Below, in pieces: positions 31,523 to 40,708 of a stretch of DNA of 64,000 nt. The translations under genes and the position numbers were made by a program. Within the stretch, counting starts at the first letter, position 1. Every line of letters starts with the position of its first letter. This stretch comes from an uncultured bacterium (GTDB lineage Bacteria; Krumholzibacteriota; Krumholzibacteriia; LZORAL124-64-63). The notes beneath the pieces are model-generated. The model made no database searches and had not been told where the DNA came from. It was given only the letters and a program-made list of their open reading frames with translations. The stretch is taken from assembly GCA_963732385.1 (NCBI GenBank), contig CAVSZB010000001.1:81193-145192 (forward strand). Direction: 5' to 3'.

Positions 31523-33349
31523 TTGAGGGCCTGCAATAGTTTACGCGCCAAGTCCACATTCCCTGGCCGCCGGCTGTTCGCGGTGGCCGCCCTTGTGCTC
31601 GGACTCGCCGGCCCCGGGACGGCCAGGGCCCTGCTGCACATCGACTTTGAGCAGGCCATCTTTGCGCCGGCCGGTCTGGCGGTGATGGATTTCTGCGTGC
31701 TGCGTGAGGATGGTTTGTACCACATCTTCTATCACGCCATCCCCGAGGAGCTGCTGGGTCCGCCGGCAGTGAAGACCATCTACCACGCCACGTCGCCGGA
31801 TCTTGTGCACTGGGACCAGTGCCTTCCCGCCATCGAGCGCGGGCCGGAGATCTGGGAGGGGCTGGGTGTCTGGGCGCCCGACGTGGTTTGGGACGCGCCG
31901 CGCGGACAATGGCGGATGTTCTACACGGCGGCCGATTCCCTGTGGGTCCAGCGCCCCTGCGCCGCGTGGTCCGATGATCTCTATTCGTGGACGAAGGTCC
32001 CTGCGAACCCCTTGTTCCTCCCGGACACGCTGCAGTACTACTGGTCTCCGACATTGGCGTGGAGTTCGTTCCGCGATCCTTTCCTGTTCTTCGCCGACGG
32101 CGTCTGGCAGATGCTCTCCACGGCCGGCCTGCGCGTGGGAGGATATCCCGGCACCAAACAAGGCATCGTGCACCGCGCGGTGTCCACCGACCTGGAAACA
32201 TGGGCCGACGCGGGGCCGTTCTGGGCCCACGACGGGGCGACTCTGGCCTGGCATGATCTCGAGAGCGCGCAGTATCTGGTGCGGGGGGGCTGGCATCACC
32301 TGTTCGTGACCGAGCAGGATGTCGCCGGCGTCAGCCACATGGTCGCCGACACGGCAGGTGCCTGGACAATCGCGACCCGCACCCGGATCGACTACGGCTA
32401 CGCGGCCGAGATCGACGAGTTCGATCCCGGTGTGGACATCTTTTCACGCTATGTCATAAGTCAGCACCTCGATACAGGGAAACTGTTCTATGTCGCGCGC
32501 TTCGACACGCTGCGCTGGCTCGACGGCGGAAAGGTCCCCCAGGTCTGGAAGCCCCACCCCCTCAACCGGGATTTTGCGAATCTAACCGGACTCGCAACGT
32601 ATGGGCAGCCGACCTGGGGCGACAACCCGGTAGAACGCGGCGAACCTTCGAGCGGCCTGGTAGGAAAAGGCTGGTTCGGCAGCCAGGAGTTCTATCAGGG
32701 CCCCGGGTCGGGCCGCGGCTCGCCGGGCTCTCGCCTGGGAGACGCGGTTACAGGAAGCTGTGACAGCCGTCCTTTCGTCATCGAGGGCGACTTCATCAAA
32801 CTCCGGGTCGGCGGCGGGTACTATCCCGAGACCTGCTACGTCGCCCTCGTTGCCACCGACCCAGACACGATACTGGCCCGTGAGACCGGCACGGGCGTCG
32901 ATTTCATGACCGAGCGCATCTGGAACGTGCGCCCCTGGCGCGGGCGGTCTGCCTGCATCCGGATCGTCGACGAGGAGGTCGGCCCGTTCGGGCATATCAA
33001 CGTGGACGAGATCGAAGAAATTCTCGACCCGGTGACGGACGTCGGGCAGGGCCAGGGGGGGCCGGCCACGGGCCTGACGCTTCACGCGGCCAGCCCCAAT
33101 CCATTCAACGCCAGCACGGCCATCCGCTTCACCCTGCACGAGCCTGGACCGGTCGAAATGGTCGTCTACAACACCCGCGGGCGCGTCGTGCGGCGCCTGC
33201 CTCCCCAGCAATTCGACGCGGGCGATCACGCGATCTCCTGGCGCGGCCAGGACGAGCGCGGGCGGCCGGTGAGCACCGGGGTCTACATCTATCGCTTGCG
33301 GGTCGCCTCCGGCGCCTGGACTGTTGGGCGTCTCACGCTCGTGAAATGA
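31523..33349 (+). CDS. Secreted GH32-like five-bladed beta-propeller glycosidase with C-terminal FlgD-Ig domain (start uncertain)
   Basis: Signal peptide; DF..YHIFY, WAPDV, FRDP, LES; SPNPFN...GVYIYRL...LTLVK*; extended -10 TGaTATAAT at 31433-31441 argues against the 31442 start. Confidence 0.8.
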   Translation: MRACNSLRAKSTFPGRRLFAVAALVLGLAGPGTARALLHIDFEQAIFAPAGLAVMDFCVLREDGLYHIFYHAIPEELLGPPAVKTIYHATSPDLVHWDQCLPAIERGPEIWEGLGVWAPDVVWDAPRGQWRMFYTAADSLWVQRPCAAWSDDLYSWTKVPANPLFLPDTLQYYWSPTLAWSSFRDPFLFFADGVWQMLSTAGLRVGGYPGTKQGIVHRAVSTDLETWADAGPFWAHDGATLAWHDLESAQYLVRGGWHHLFVTEQDVAGVSHMVADTAGAWTIATRTRIDYGYAAEIDEFDPGVDIFSRYVISQHLDTGKLFYVARFDTLRWLDGGKVPQVWKPHPLNRDFANLTGLATYGQPTWGDNPVERGEPSSGLVGKGWFGSQEFYQGPGSGRGSPGSRLGDAVTGSCDSRPFVIEGDFIKLRVGGGYYPETCYVALVATDPDTILARETGTGVDFMTERIWNVRPWRGRSACIRIVDEEVGPFGHINVDEIEEILDPVTDVGQGQGGPATGLTLHAASPNPFNASTAIRFTLHEPGPVEMVVYNTRGRVVRRLPPQQFDAGDHAISWRGQDERGRPVSTGVYIYRLRVASGAWTVGRLTLVK

Positions 33350-33390
33350 TATGGAACGGCTAGTCAAACGTTGATTAGTGCGCTCCTCGG

Positions 33391-33414
33391 GGGCCCCGGC
33401 GACAGCCGGGGCCC
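33391..33414 (-). terminator. GC hairpin 3' of the IS non-coding RNA
   Basis: GGGCCCCGGC-GACA-GCCGGGGCCC, perfect 10-bp stem. Confidence 0.5.
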
Positions 33415-33433
33415 TTCTTACGCCTGGTTGTTG

Positions 33434-33594
33434 GGAGCAGGGACTGCAACGACGGTTGATCAGACTGATATCCGCGGGTTGGTTACCGCACACAATTCTG
33501 TCCGTCTCGGGGTGACCTCCGTCTAACACCGCGGGTCCAGCTCATGGCCTGCCGCATACTTCAAACGAGGATTCCCCTGACCGGTCCCTGCTCC
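33434..33594 (-). ncRNA. Putative bridge/seek RNA of the IS110-family element
   Basis: 11-bp closing stem GGAGCAGGGAC/GTCCCTGCTCC enclosing two internal-loop hairpins with shared TGCGG...CCGCG cores; loops match target and donor junction. Confidence 0.75.
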
Positions 33595-33604
33595 ACTCAG
33601 CGTC

Positions 33605-34720
33605 CTAGTGTTGCTTCGTGGCTGCGACCCACATCGCGGCCCACACGAATCCACTCAGTTCACGGGCCACCGCGACGGCGACCTTGTTGCGATGCTTCGT
33701 CTTCTCCAGGTGATGGAATCGCCTGCCGAGTCGATGCTGGGCCTTCACGGCGATCGCGACCATTTCAGGATCCTGACCCATCCGGCGGCGATCGAGGATC
33801 AAGGTCGAGCCTACCCTGTACTGGTAGTGCCAAGCGGCTTCGACTAGGATCCGTCTTAGGAATGTGTTGCCCGCCTTGGTGATCGAACCACGATGTTGTT
33901 GCTCGCCGCTGGAGTGCTCCTTTGACACCAACCCCGTGTACCCCATCAGCCGGTCCGGGTGACTGAAGCGACGGATGTCTCCGATCTCGGTGACCAACGT
34001 CATCGCCGTCAGGGTCTTGATGCCGCGGAAGCACTGCAGCGCCTCGACGGTCGCCCGCCAGGGCTCGCGACAGGACCACTGCTCGATCTCGGCGTCGAGC
34101 GACCGCTGCTGAGACTCGAGGTACTCCAGGTGGTCGAGGTCGTAGGCCAGGACCGTCTGCAGCGGGCCCGTCATCTCGCGGCGCAACGTGGCCAGCCAGG
34201 CGCGATGCTGCTTCGTCCAATTGCTTTTGGTCCCGGTGAAACGATGTCCGTGGGTAGCCAGCACCCGGACGATCCGATGCTTGCTGCGCACGATCTGACG
34301 CTGCAGCGACAGTCGGCATCGCACGAGCTGGCGTACCGCCTCTTGCTCCTCATCTGGTATCGTCACCGCCCGCAGATGGCCGCTGCGATACATGCGCGCC
34401 AAGCGCACGGCATCCAGGCGATCGGTCTTGCGGTGATCGCCCGGGCAGCGGGGGATCAGACTCGGGGCGATCACCTCGCACTGGAACCCATCGTGGTCCA
34501 GGGCCCGCTGCAGGACGTAGCCTGCACCCGAGGCCTCGTAGCATGCCCGCGGGGAGCCCTGCTTGGTCAAGCGGCGGAAGAGCCGGCGAACCGCGTTGAG
34601 GTCCCCTGGCAACCGGACAATCTCCGGGATGTCCTTGTCTCCAAAGAGGATCGCCGCGGTGATGGACTCCTGGTGAACATCCATGCCCACCCAAACGGTC
34701 GCTGTGCTATCGTGTGTCAT
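33605..34720 (-). CDS. IS110-family DEDD recombinase/transposase
   Basis: GMDVH, YEAS, KTDRLD (D-E-D-D); C-terminal GLVSKEHSSG, ITKAGN, VAVAREL. Confidence 0.97.
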   Translation of the reverse strand: MTHDSTATVWVGMDVHQESITAAILFGDKDIPEIVRLPGDLNAVRRLFRRLTKQGSPRACYEASGAGYVLQRALDHDGFQCEVIAPSLIPRCPGDHRKTDRLDAVRLARMYRSGHLRAVTIPDEEQEAVRQLVRCRLSLQRQIVRSKHRIVRVLATHGHRFTGTKSNWTKQHRAWLATLRREMTGPLQTVLAYDLDHLEYLESQQRSLDAEIEQWSCREPWRATVEALQCFRGIKTLTAMTLVTEIGDIRRFSHPDRLMGYTGLVSKEHSSGEQQHRGSITKAGNTFLRRILVEAAWHYQYRVGSTLILDRRRMGQDPEMVAIAVKAQHRLGRRFHHLEKTKHRNKVAVAVARELSGFVWAAMWVAATKQH

Positions 34721-34997
34721 GGCTGGGTCCTTTCGTGAGCGGGAGTTTCGGCTCCCTAGTGTCCCTGGTCCGTGCGGACTAACACACGATACCCGAGGGG
34801 CCCAGCCGTTCCATTATGTCTAGCCCTGGGGGATCGTCGCCACAGCCCCATCAGGGGTCTCGGATTGACGATTCCCGCCGCAGGTCGCACATCCCGTCCT
34901 TGGCTCCACGCCGGCCATCCGCTACGTTTGTCTCCGCCCCCGGCGCTGCCGCTTCCCTTCGCGCCGCGCCGCGCCTGTACCGTCACCATCCAGGAGT

Positions 34998-35498
34998 ATG
35001 CGCATGGACGCCTGTCCCTGCGGTTCCGACCGCGCCTACGCCGATTGCTGCGAGCCGTGTATCCTCGGCGCCCGCCCCGCCGCCACCGCCGAACAGCTCA
35101 TGCGCTCACGCTACACCGCCTATGTGAAGCACGAGATCCCCTACCTGGTCGCCACCAGTCACCCGGATCACCGGGACGATCAGGACGAGGCGGGGATCCG
35201 CGAGTGGTCCGAGGGCAGCGAGTGGCACGGCCTGGAAATCCTGAACGTGGAGCAGGGCGGACCGGACGACGACGAAGGCGCCGTCGAGTTCGCCGCGGAA
35301 TACAGCCACGACGGCGACCGCACCCGCCACCACGAGCGCGCCACCTTCGCGAAGCGGGACGGCCTCTGGTACCTGGTGAAGGGTGAGCGCGTCAAACTGA
35401 AGCCGTTCGTGCGCGAAGAGGCGAAAACCGGCCGCAATGACCCCTGCCCGTGCGGCAGCGGGAAGAAGTTCAAGAAGTGTTGCGGCGTGGCGGGATGA
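34998..35498 (+). CDS. YchJ family protein with SEC-C motifs
   Basis: [43 protein letters not shown]. Confidence 0.93.
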   Translation: MRMDACPCGSDRAYADCCEPCILGARPAATAEQLMRSRYTAYVKHEIPYLVATSHPDHRDDQDEAGIREWSEGSEWHGLEILNVEQGGPDDDEGAVEFAAEYSHDGDRTRHHERATFAKRDGLWYLVKGERVKLKPFVREEAKTGRNDPCPCGSGKKFKKCCGVAG

Positions 35499-35517
35499 GC
35501 CGGCCCGGGCGCGACGC

Positions 35518-35706
35518 CTAATCCTCCCGCGCCCCGCCTCCCCCGGAGGCGAGCACCCACCCCATGAGCGCGCCGAGCCCGGCGCTCAGGAGCGGGCTCG
35601 AGGTGATGCCTCAGGTGCCGCCCGAGCAGCGGGCGGCCCACGACACCAGCCAGCCGATGCCGGCGCCGAGCAGCGGGGCCGCGAGGGTGATGATCCGCCT
35701 GCGCAT
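35518..35706 (-). CDS. 62-aa two-TM protein with in-frame UGA (C-x4-U); candidate selenoprotein, DUF6132-like
   Basis: RBS AAGGAGAG; MRRRIITLAAPLLGAGIGWLVSWAARCSGGT-U-GITSSPLLSAGLGALMGWVLASGGGGARED*; UGA at 35611-35613. Confidence 0.75.
35573..35601 (-). promoter_or_regulatory. Putative bacterial SECIS hairpin
   Basis: CGAGCCCG...CGGGCTCG stem beginning about 10 nt after the in-frame UGA. Confidence 0.55.
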
Positions 35707-35839
35707 TTCGCCTCTCTCCTTCCTCAGGTCCGACCCAGTATAGCCGCCCTTCCGCCTGGACGCCGCCCGTCCCGGCGGCCATCATTATGGGAGCCCGCGC
35801 GCGATCACCGTGCGCGCCGCCGCTCTTGAGGAGGTTCCC

Positions 35840-37045
35840 ATGGACAGCCGCCGCACCGCCATCAAGCCCGCCTCGCGTACCGACAACATTTTGTACGCCG
35901 TGCGCGACATCGTCATGCTTGCCGACCAGGTCGCGAAGACGGGCAAGGAGATGCTGTACCTGAACATTGGCGACCCCAACAAGTTCGATTTCGTCACGCC
36001 GCCGCACATGATCGAAGCGGTGCATCGGGCGATGCTGGCGAACGAGTGCGGCTACACGCCTTCTTCAGGGATCAGGGAGGCGCGGGAGGCGATCGAGCGG
36101 CGGGCCGCGAGTCAGGGCATCCGCAACATCCAGGACCTCTTCGTCACCCATGGCGCGAGCGAGGCGATCGAGGTCGCGCTGACCTCGCTGGCCGAGGAGG
36201 GCGACAACGTCCTCACGCCGGCGCCCGGCTACCCTCTCTATACGGCGGTGTTGTCGAAACTGAAGGTGCGCGAGAATCCGTATTACCTCGACGAGGCGAA
36301 CGGGTGGCAGCCCGACCCGGCCGACATCGCGTCCCGGATCGACGACCGCACCCGCGCCATCGTCCTGATCAATCCGAACAACCCCACCGGATCGGTGTGC
36401 AGCCGCGAAACGCTGCTCGGGGTGCTCAAGGTGGCGCGGGAGCGCGGCCTGGTGGTGTTCGCCGACGAGATCTACGACCGGCTGCTCTACGCGGGCGAGC
36501 AGCACATCTCGATCGCCTCGCTCGATTCGGACGCCCCGGTCATCACCTTCAACGGACTGTCGAAATCGTATGTGGCGCCCGGCTGGCGCATCGGCTGGGG
36601 CATCGTCAGCGGCGACAGGGCCGTGCTCGCGCCCTGGATGGAGGCGATGAACAAGATCCTGCGCGCCCGACTCTGCGCGAACGCCCCGATGCAGGCGGCG
36701 ATCCGGCCGGCCCTCGAAGGCCCGCAGGATCATCTGCGGGAGGTGCTCGGCAAGCTCGAGCGCCGTGGCGACCTGACCTGTCGCATGCTCAACGCCATTC
36801 CCGGCGTCTCCTGCGTGAAGCCGCGCTCCGCGTTCTACGCCTTCCCGAAAATCGACATCCCGGGCGGCGATCTGCCTTTCGTGCAGGAGCTGCTCAAGGA
36901 GACCGGCGTGGTGGTCGTGCACGGCAGCGGCTTCGGTCAGGTGCCCGGCACGCAGCACTTCCGCGTCGTGTACCTGCCGCCGGAGGATGTGCTGACGAAG
37001 GCGTACGAGAAGATGGGGGCCTTCGTGCGGGCGTACCGGGGCTAG
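35840..37045 (+). CDS. PLP-dependent aminotransferase class I/II (AlaA-like)
   Basis: LNIGDP, INPNNPTG, ADEIYD, NGLSKSY..PGWRIGW. Confidence 0.93.
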   Translation: MDSRRTAIKPASRTDNILYAVRDIVMLADQVAKTGKEMLYLNIGDPNKFDFVTPPHMIEAVHRAMLANECGYTPSSGIREAREAIERRAASQGIRNIQDLFVTHGASEAIEVALTSLAEEGDNVLTPAPGYPLYTAVLSKLKVRENPYYLDEANGWQPDPADIASRIDDRTRAIVLINPNNPTGSVCSRETLLGVLKVARERGLVVFADEIYDRLLYAGEQHISIASLDSDAPVITFNGLSKSYVAPGWRIGWGIVSGDRAVLAPWMEAMNKILRARLCANAPMQAAIRPALEGPQDHLREVLGKLERRGDLTCRMLNAIPGVSCVKPRSAFYAFPKIDIPGGDLPFVQELLKETGVVVVHGSGFGQVPGTQHFRVVYLPPEDVLTKAYEKMGAFVRAYRG

Positions 37046-37080
37046 GGTCGCCGCGCGCGCCGCGCGCCAGGCGCCGGGGA

Positions 37081-37857
37081 TCAGGCGGTCTCGCGCCAGC
37101 CGACGATCGACGCGAACCGCTCCGCCCGCTCCCCCTCGCGCCGCCAGCTCGGGAAGAGATCGTTGCGGCAGAGGGTGCAGACCCCGGCCACGGTGATGTG
37201 TGCGGGGGGGACCCCCGCGCGCCGGAGCTGGTCGACGTTGGCGGCCCAGAGATCGAACACGAAGCGGCCGTCGTCGCGGGCCGCGAAGAATCGGTCGGCG
37301 TGCGGCCCGATGCCCGACAGTGCCGTGGCCCGCACCTCGGCGCCGACCTCGTAGCAACACGGTCCCGCCGACGGGGCGATCGCGCAGACCAGGCGCGCCG
37401 GATCGGCGCCACCGTGCGCGACCATCGTTGCGATCAGCCGTCCGGTGATGCCCTGGACCGTGGAGCGCCACGAGGCGTGCGCCATGCCGGCCACCCTGGA
37501 CACGGGGTCCGCCGCGAGCACGATCGGACAGTCGGCGCTGCGCCCGATCACCCCGAGTCCGTCCGCGTGCGTGACGAGACCGTCGGCCTCGCCGGCGAGA
37601 CCGCCCCGCCCGGCGACCAGCACGGTGGCTCCGTGCACCTGCCGACACCACGCCGCGTCGCGCAGCCCGACGGTTGCGGCCAGAGTTGCGCAGGCCGTGG
37701 CGGTGGCGGGGGATGCGGCGTGTGGCCCGAAAATCGGTCCGCGGCGCGTCGTGACGGCGTGTGCCAGGCCGGCCAGCCCGGTCAGCGCGGGGAACTCCCC
37801 GACGCTCCAGCCGCCCGGCAGATCGCGCAACGGCAAGGTGTGGGGGAGCGATGTCAT
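37081..37857 (-). CDS. PgeF/YfiH (laccase-domain) family protein
   Basis: QVHG, ADGL, SADCPI, AHASWR, CCYEVG, CTLC. Confidence 0.9.
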   Translation of the reverse strand: MTSLPHTLPLRDLPGGWSVGEFPALTGLAGLAHAVTTRRGPIFGPHAASPATATACATLAATVGLRDAAWCRQVHGATVLVAGRGGLAGEADGLVTHADGLGVIGRSADCPIVLAADPVSRVAGMAHASWRSTVQGITGRLIATMVAHGGADPARLVCAIAPSAGPCCYEVGAEVRATALSGIGPHADRFFAARDDGRFVFDLWAANVDQLRRAGVPPAHITVAGVCTLCRNDLFPSWRREGERAERFASIVGWRETA

Positions 37858-38071
37858 GCCGCCCGAGCCTCCAGACGGCGAACCATAGCGGCTGGCCGGG
37901 ATCCGTGCCAGCGCTGCGGCGTCCGGAAACGTCGAGCCGGGTGTTGGCGATTGCGCATCTTCTCTCCCGGTGTTGAGATGGGCGCGCGGCACGATCACAA
38001 GGACGGCGCGACATCGCTCCGGCCAGTCACGCCGCGGCGCTGGACACGCCTGCCGGCGGGGAAGGGATCCC

Positions 38072-38983
38072 TTGACTCACGACCGCCCTGAAGGCCGACT
38101 CGATCGCGCGGGGCTGCTCTATCTAGGCATCGTCTACGTTGTCTGGGGCAGCACTTATTTGGCGATCCGGCTCGCGGTGCGCCCGGGCGCCGGCTTTCCC
38201 CCCTTCACGCTCGGTGCGTTGCGCGTGCTCGTGGCGGCCGGCATCCTGTTCGCGGCGGCGGCGCTGACCCGTCAGCGCCTGTGGCCACGAAAGGCCGAGT
38301 TGCCGGTCCTGATCGGCGGCGGGCTGCTGCTCTGGCCGCTCGCCAACGGGCTGGTCGTGCTGGGCGAGACCCGCGCCGACTCCGGTTTTGCCGCGCTGCT
38401 CGTCGGTTCGATGCCGATCTGGGTGGCGATAATGGAAGCGCACCTCGACCGCCGGCTGCCGACCTTGAGGTTCATGGGGTCGCTGCTGATCGGGTTTGCC
38501 GGCGTGGCGCTGCTCGCCTGGCCGGTGCTGCGTTCTGGCGCGCGGGCCGACGTGCTGGCCGTCGTGGCGCTGCTGGCCGCTCCGATCACCTGGGGCGCCG
38601 GATCGCTCTGGCAGCGGCGGCGGCCGGTGGCGCTGGCGCCGCTGGCGTCGGCGGCGTGGCAGCAGTTCTTCGGCGGGCTCGGGTTCATCGTGGCCGTGCT
38701 GGTGCTGCGCGAACCGCGGCCGGCCCCCACGCCGGCCGCCTGGGGCGCCTGGGCCTACCTGACGCTGTTCGGCTCGGTGATCGCCTTCACTTCCTATGTG
38801 CAGACGCTGCGCCGTCTGCCGATGCGGATCGTCTCCACCTACGCCTACGTCAACCCGGTCGTGGCGGTGGGGCTCGGCTGGGTCGTCCTGCGGGAACAGG
38901 TGACCGGGTGGACGCTCGCCGGCGCCTCGCTGGTGCTGCTCGGTGTGGCGGGGGTGTTCCACGAGCGGGGGCGGCGGACCTGA
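38072..38983 (+). CDS. EamA/DMT family transporter
   Basis: VYVVWGSTYLAI, FGSVIAF, YAYVNPVVAV; about 10 TMs. Confidence 0.92.
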   Translation: MTHDRPEGRLDRAGLLYLGIVYVVWGSTYLAIRLAVRPGAGFPPFTLGALRVLVAAGILFAAAALTRQRLWPRKAELPVLIGGGLLLWPLANGLVVLGETRADSGFAALLVGSMPIWVAIMEAHLDRRLPTLRFMGSLLIGFAGVALLAWPVLRSGARADVLAVVALLAAPITWGAGSLWQRRRPVALAPLASAAWQQFFGGLGFIVAVLVLREPRPAPTPAAWGAWAYLTLFGSVIAFTSYVQTLRRLPMRIVSTYAYVNPVVAVGLGWVVLREQVTGWTLAGASLVLLGVAGVFHERGRRT

Positions 38984-39003
38984 CCCGCGTCGCCGCCCGG
39001 CTT

Positions 39004-39019
39004 TGGCACGACTCTCGCA
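39004..39019 (+). promoter_or_regulatory. Putative sigma54 promoter
   Basis: TGGCAC-GACTC-TCGCA upstream of the barrel gene. Confidence 0.55.
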
Positions 39020-39162
39020 TGGGTCGCGGCGCGCGGCGTTCCCCGGACGGCGCGCCAGGGCGCGCGCGGGCTCGCGCGGCACGATTGGGGACCGACGGGC
39101 GGCCCGATACTGTCCGGCAAGACCCCGGAACAGACGTTTCCCGCCCTTCAGGAGGACTGGTT

Positions 39163-40158
39163 ATGTTCCACTCACGCTCATTTTCGGCCGCTCTGGCACT
39201 GGCTCTCGGGCTGTCTTTCGCGATGACGGGCGTCGCGGCTCCGGCGGCGGCCCAGACCGACACCAGTGATCAGGAACTTCAAAATCTGCTCGAGGATGTC
39301 GGCATCGAGTATGCCCAGGGCTATCTCGCACCGCTGATCCAGACGCTCGGCGTGAACCAGAACAGTGGCCTCTACACCACCGCGTCGGTTCCGCGCGGGA
39401 AGCTGACCTTCTCCTTCGGCCTGAAGGCGATGGGCAGCCGCCTCGCGGACGCCGACTCGGCCTTCAGCCGCGTGCTCGACGTCACGCTCGACGAGACCTA
39501 CGGCGTGAATCCGGGCGATCCCGGCTACGGCGAGCAGGGCGTGGTGGAGATGACCGGCCCCACGGTGTTCGGCAACGAAAGCCGCAGGGGCGCAATCCGC
39601 GCTTACTATCTCGGCGCTCTGGTGGCCGAGGAGGAGGGGATCGAGGGGCTGATCGACACCCACTGGTCGCCGCTCGTCATGCCCGAGGTGTCGGTTGGCG
39701 GTATTGCCGGCATGCGCGTGACGGTGCGCTGGCTGCCCGAGATCGACGCCGGCGACGCCGGCAAGATCAAGCTGTGGGGCTGGGGCCTGCAGTACGGCCT
39801 CACCTCGGCCATGCCCAACCTGCCGGTCGACGTGATGGTCGGCTTCTTCAAGCAGAACCTCGACATTGGCAACGTCATCGAGACCGACGCCACGAGCTGG
39901 TTCCTGGCCGCGAGCAAGAGTTTCAGTGTCCTCACCCTCTACGGCGGCGCCGCGAAGGAGAGTTCCAATTTCAAGGCCCACTACACCTGGAACCGCAGCG
40001 ACGGCTCCGAGGTCCCGGTGGCGCTCGAGGTCGAAGGCACGCAGAAGAGCCGCTTCACGCTGGGCGCCTCCCTCGCCATCGGAGTGCGGCTGAACGCCGA
40101 CGTGAACATCGGCAGCGAACTCACAACCTACACGGCGGGGCTCGGCTTCGGGTTCTGA
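39163..40158 (+). CDS. Secreted/outer-membrane beta-barrel protein (DUF6588-like)
   Basis: RBS AGGAGG; signal peptide; GYLAPL..NSG, VRWLP, WGWGLQY; C-terminal GLGFGF. Confidence 0.7.
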   Translation: MFHSRSFSAALALALGLSFAMTGVAAPAAAQTDTSDQELQNLLEDVGIEYAQGYLAPLIQTLGVNQNSGLYTTASVPRGKLTFSFGLKAMGSRLADADSAFSRVLDVTLDETYGVNPGDPGYGEQGVVEMTGPTVFGNESRRGAIRAYYLGALVAEEEGIEGLIDTHWSPLVMPEVSVGGIAGMRVTVRWLPEIDAGDAGKIKLWGWGLQYGLTSAMPNLPVDVMVGFFKQNLDIGNVIETDATSWFLAASKSFSVLTLYGGAAKESSNFKAHYTWNRSDGSEVPVALEVEGTQKSRFTLGASLAIGVRLNADVNIGSELTTYTAGLGFGF

Positions 40159-40431
40159 CCACGGGCGGAGCGCCCGCCAAGAGCGGACGTTCCGCAGTAA
40201 CAGCAGGGGCGACCCGGGTCGGGTGATCCGGGTCGCTGTCGTCTGTTTCCGGCCTCGTCGGGTCGCCACGGTCGGGCTGGCTATCAACGACCTGCGCGGA
40301 AAGCTGGTGCGGGCACCGGAAGCGGGTCCCCGGTAAGTAGATCGCCACCAGGCAGACCGGGACGGCGACGAGACACGAAGATCAGATGGGGGCCCAGGCC
40401 GGCGTTATTGCCGGGATTCGGCCAGCAGGGC

Positions 40432-40451
40432 GCTGTTATTCCGGTAACAGC
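40432..40451. promoter_or_regulatory. Palindromic operator-like site
   Basis: GCTGTTA-TTCCGG-TAACAGC, about 75 nt upstream of an extended -10 (TGcTATACT, 40525-40533). Confidence 0.35.
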
Positions 40452-40708
40452 ACCGCGACCGTTCGCATAAAGCCGGGGCGGTCGTTCCTCTGTGGATGAC
40501 GAGAGGTTGATTCGCTGCCCGCCATGCTATACTATCACCCAGTCGCCCCCTGGCGTCACTCACGGGATGCCGCATCAGGCGGTTCGCTCCTCGCTGGCCA
40601 TCCCGTTTCGCCCATCGCCCATCACTTGTTCGCCTGCCTGCCCCGCGTACTGCTCGGGTCGGCAGCGCGACCGCTTGTGGGTCGGGATGGCAGCGAAAGG
40701 GAGTGGCG

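Larger units (their letters stand above)
33348..34821 (-). mobile_element. IS110-family insertion sequence, IS1111-type (1474 bp)
   Basis: Sub-terminal 11-bp IRs ATGGAACGGCT (33351-33361) and AGCCGTTCCAT (34804-34814), 3 nt and 7 nt from the ends; no target duplication; circle junction forms TTGACT-17-CATAAT. Confidence 0.9.

Noticed and set aside
34721..34803. Bridge RNA in the upstream non-coding end of the IS
   Set aside because: Only about 80 nt and no guide matches noticed; the downstream region has the two-loop structure and matches
38281..39162. N-terminal extension of the 625-aa ORF
   Set aside because: Overlaps the EamA gene out of frame; RBS and signal peptide indicate a start at 39163
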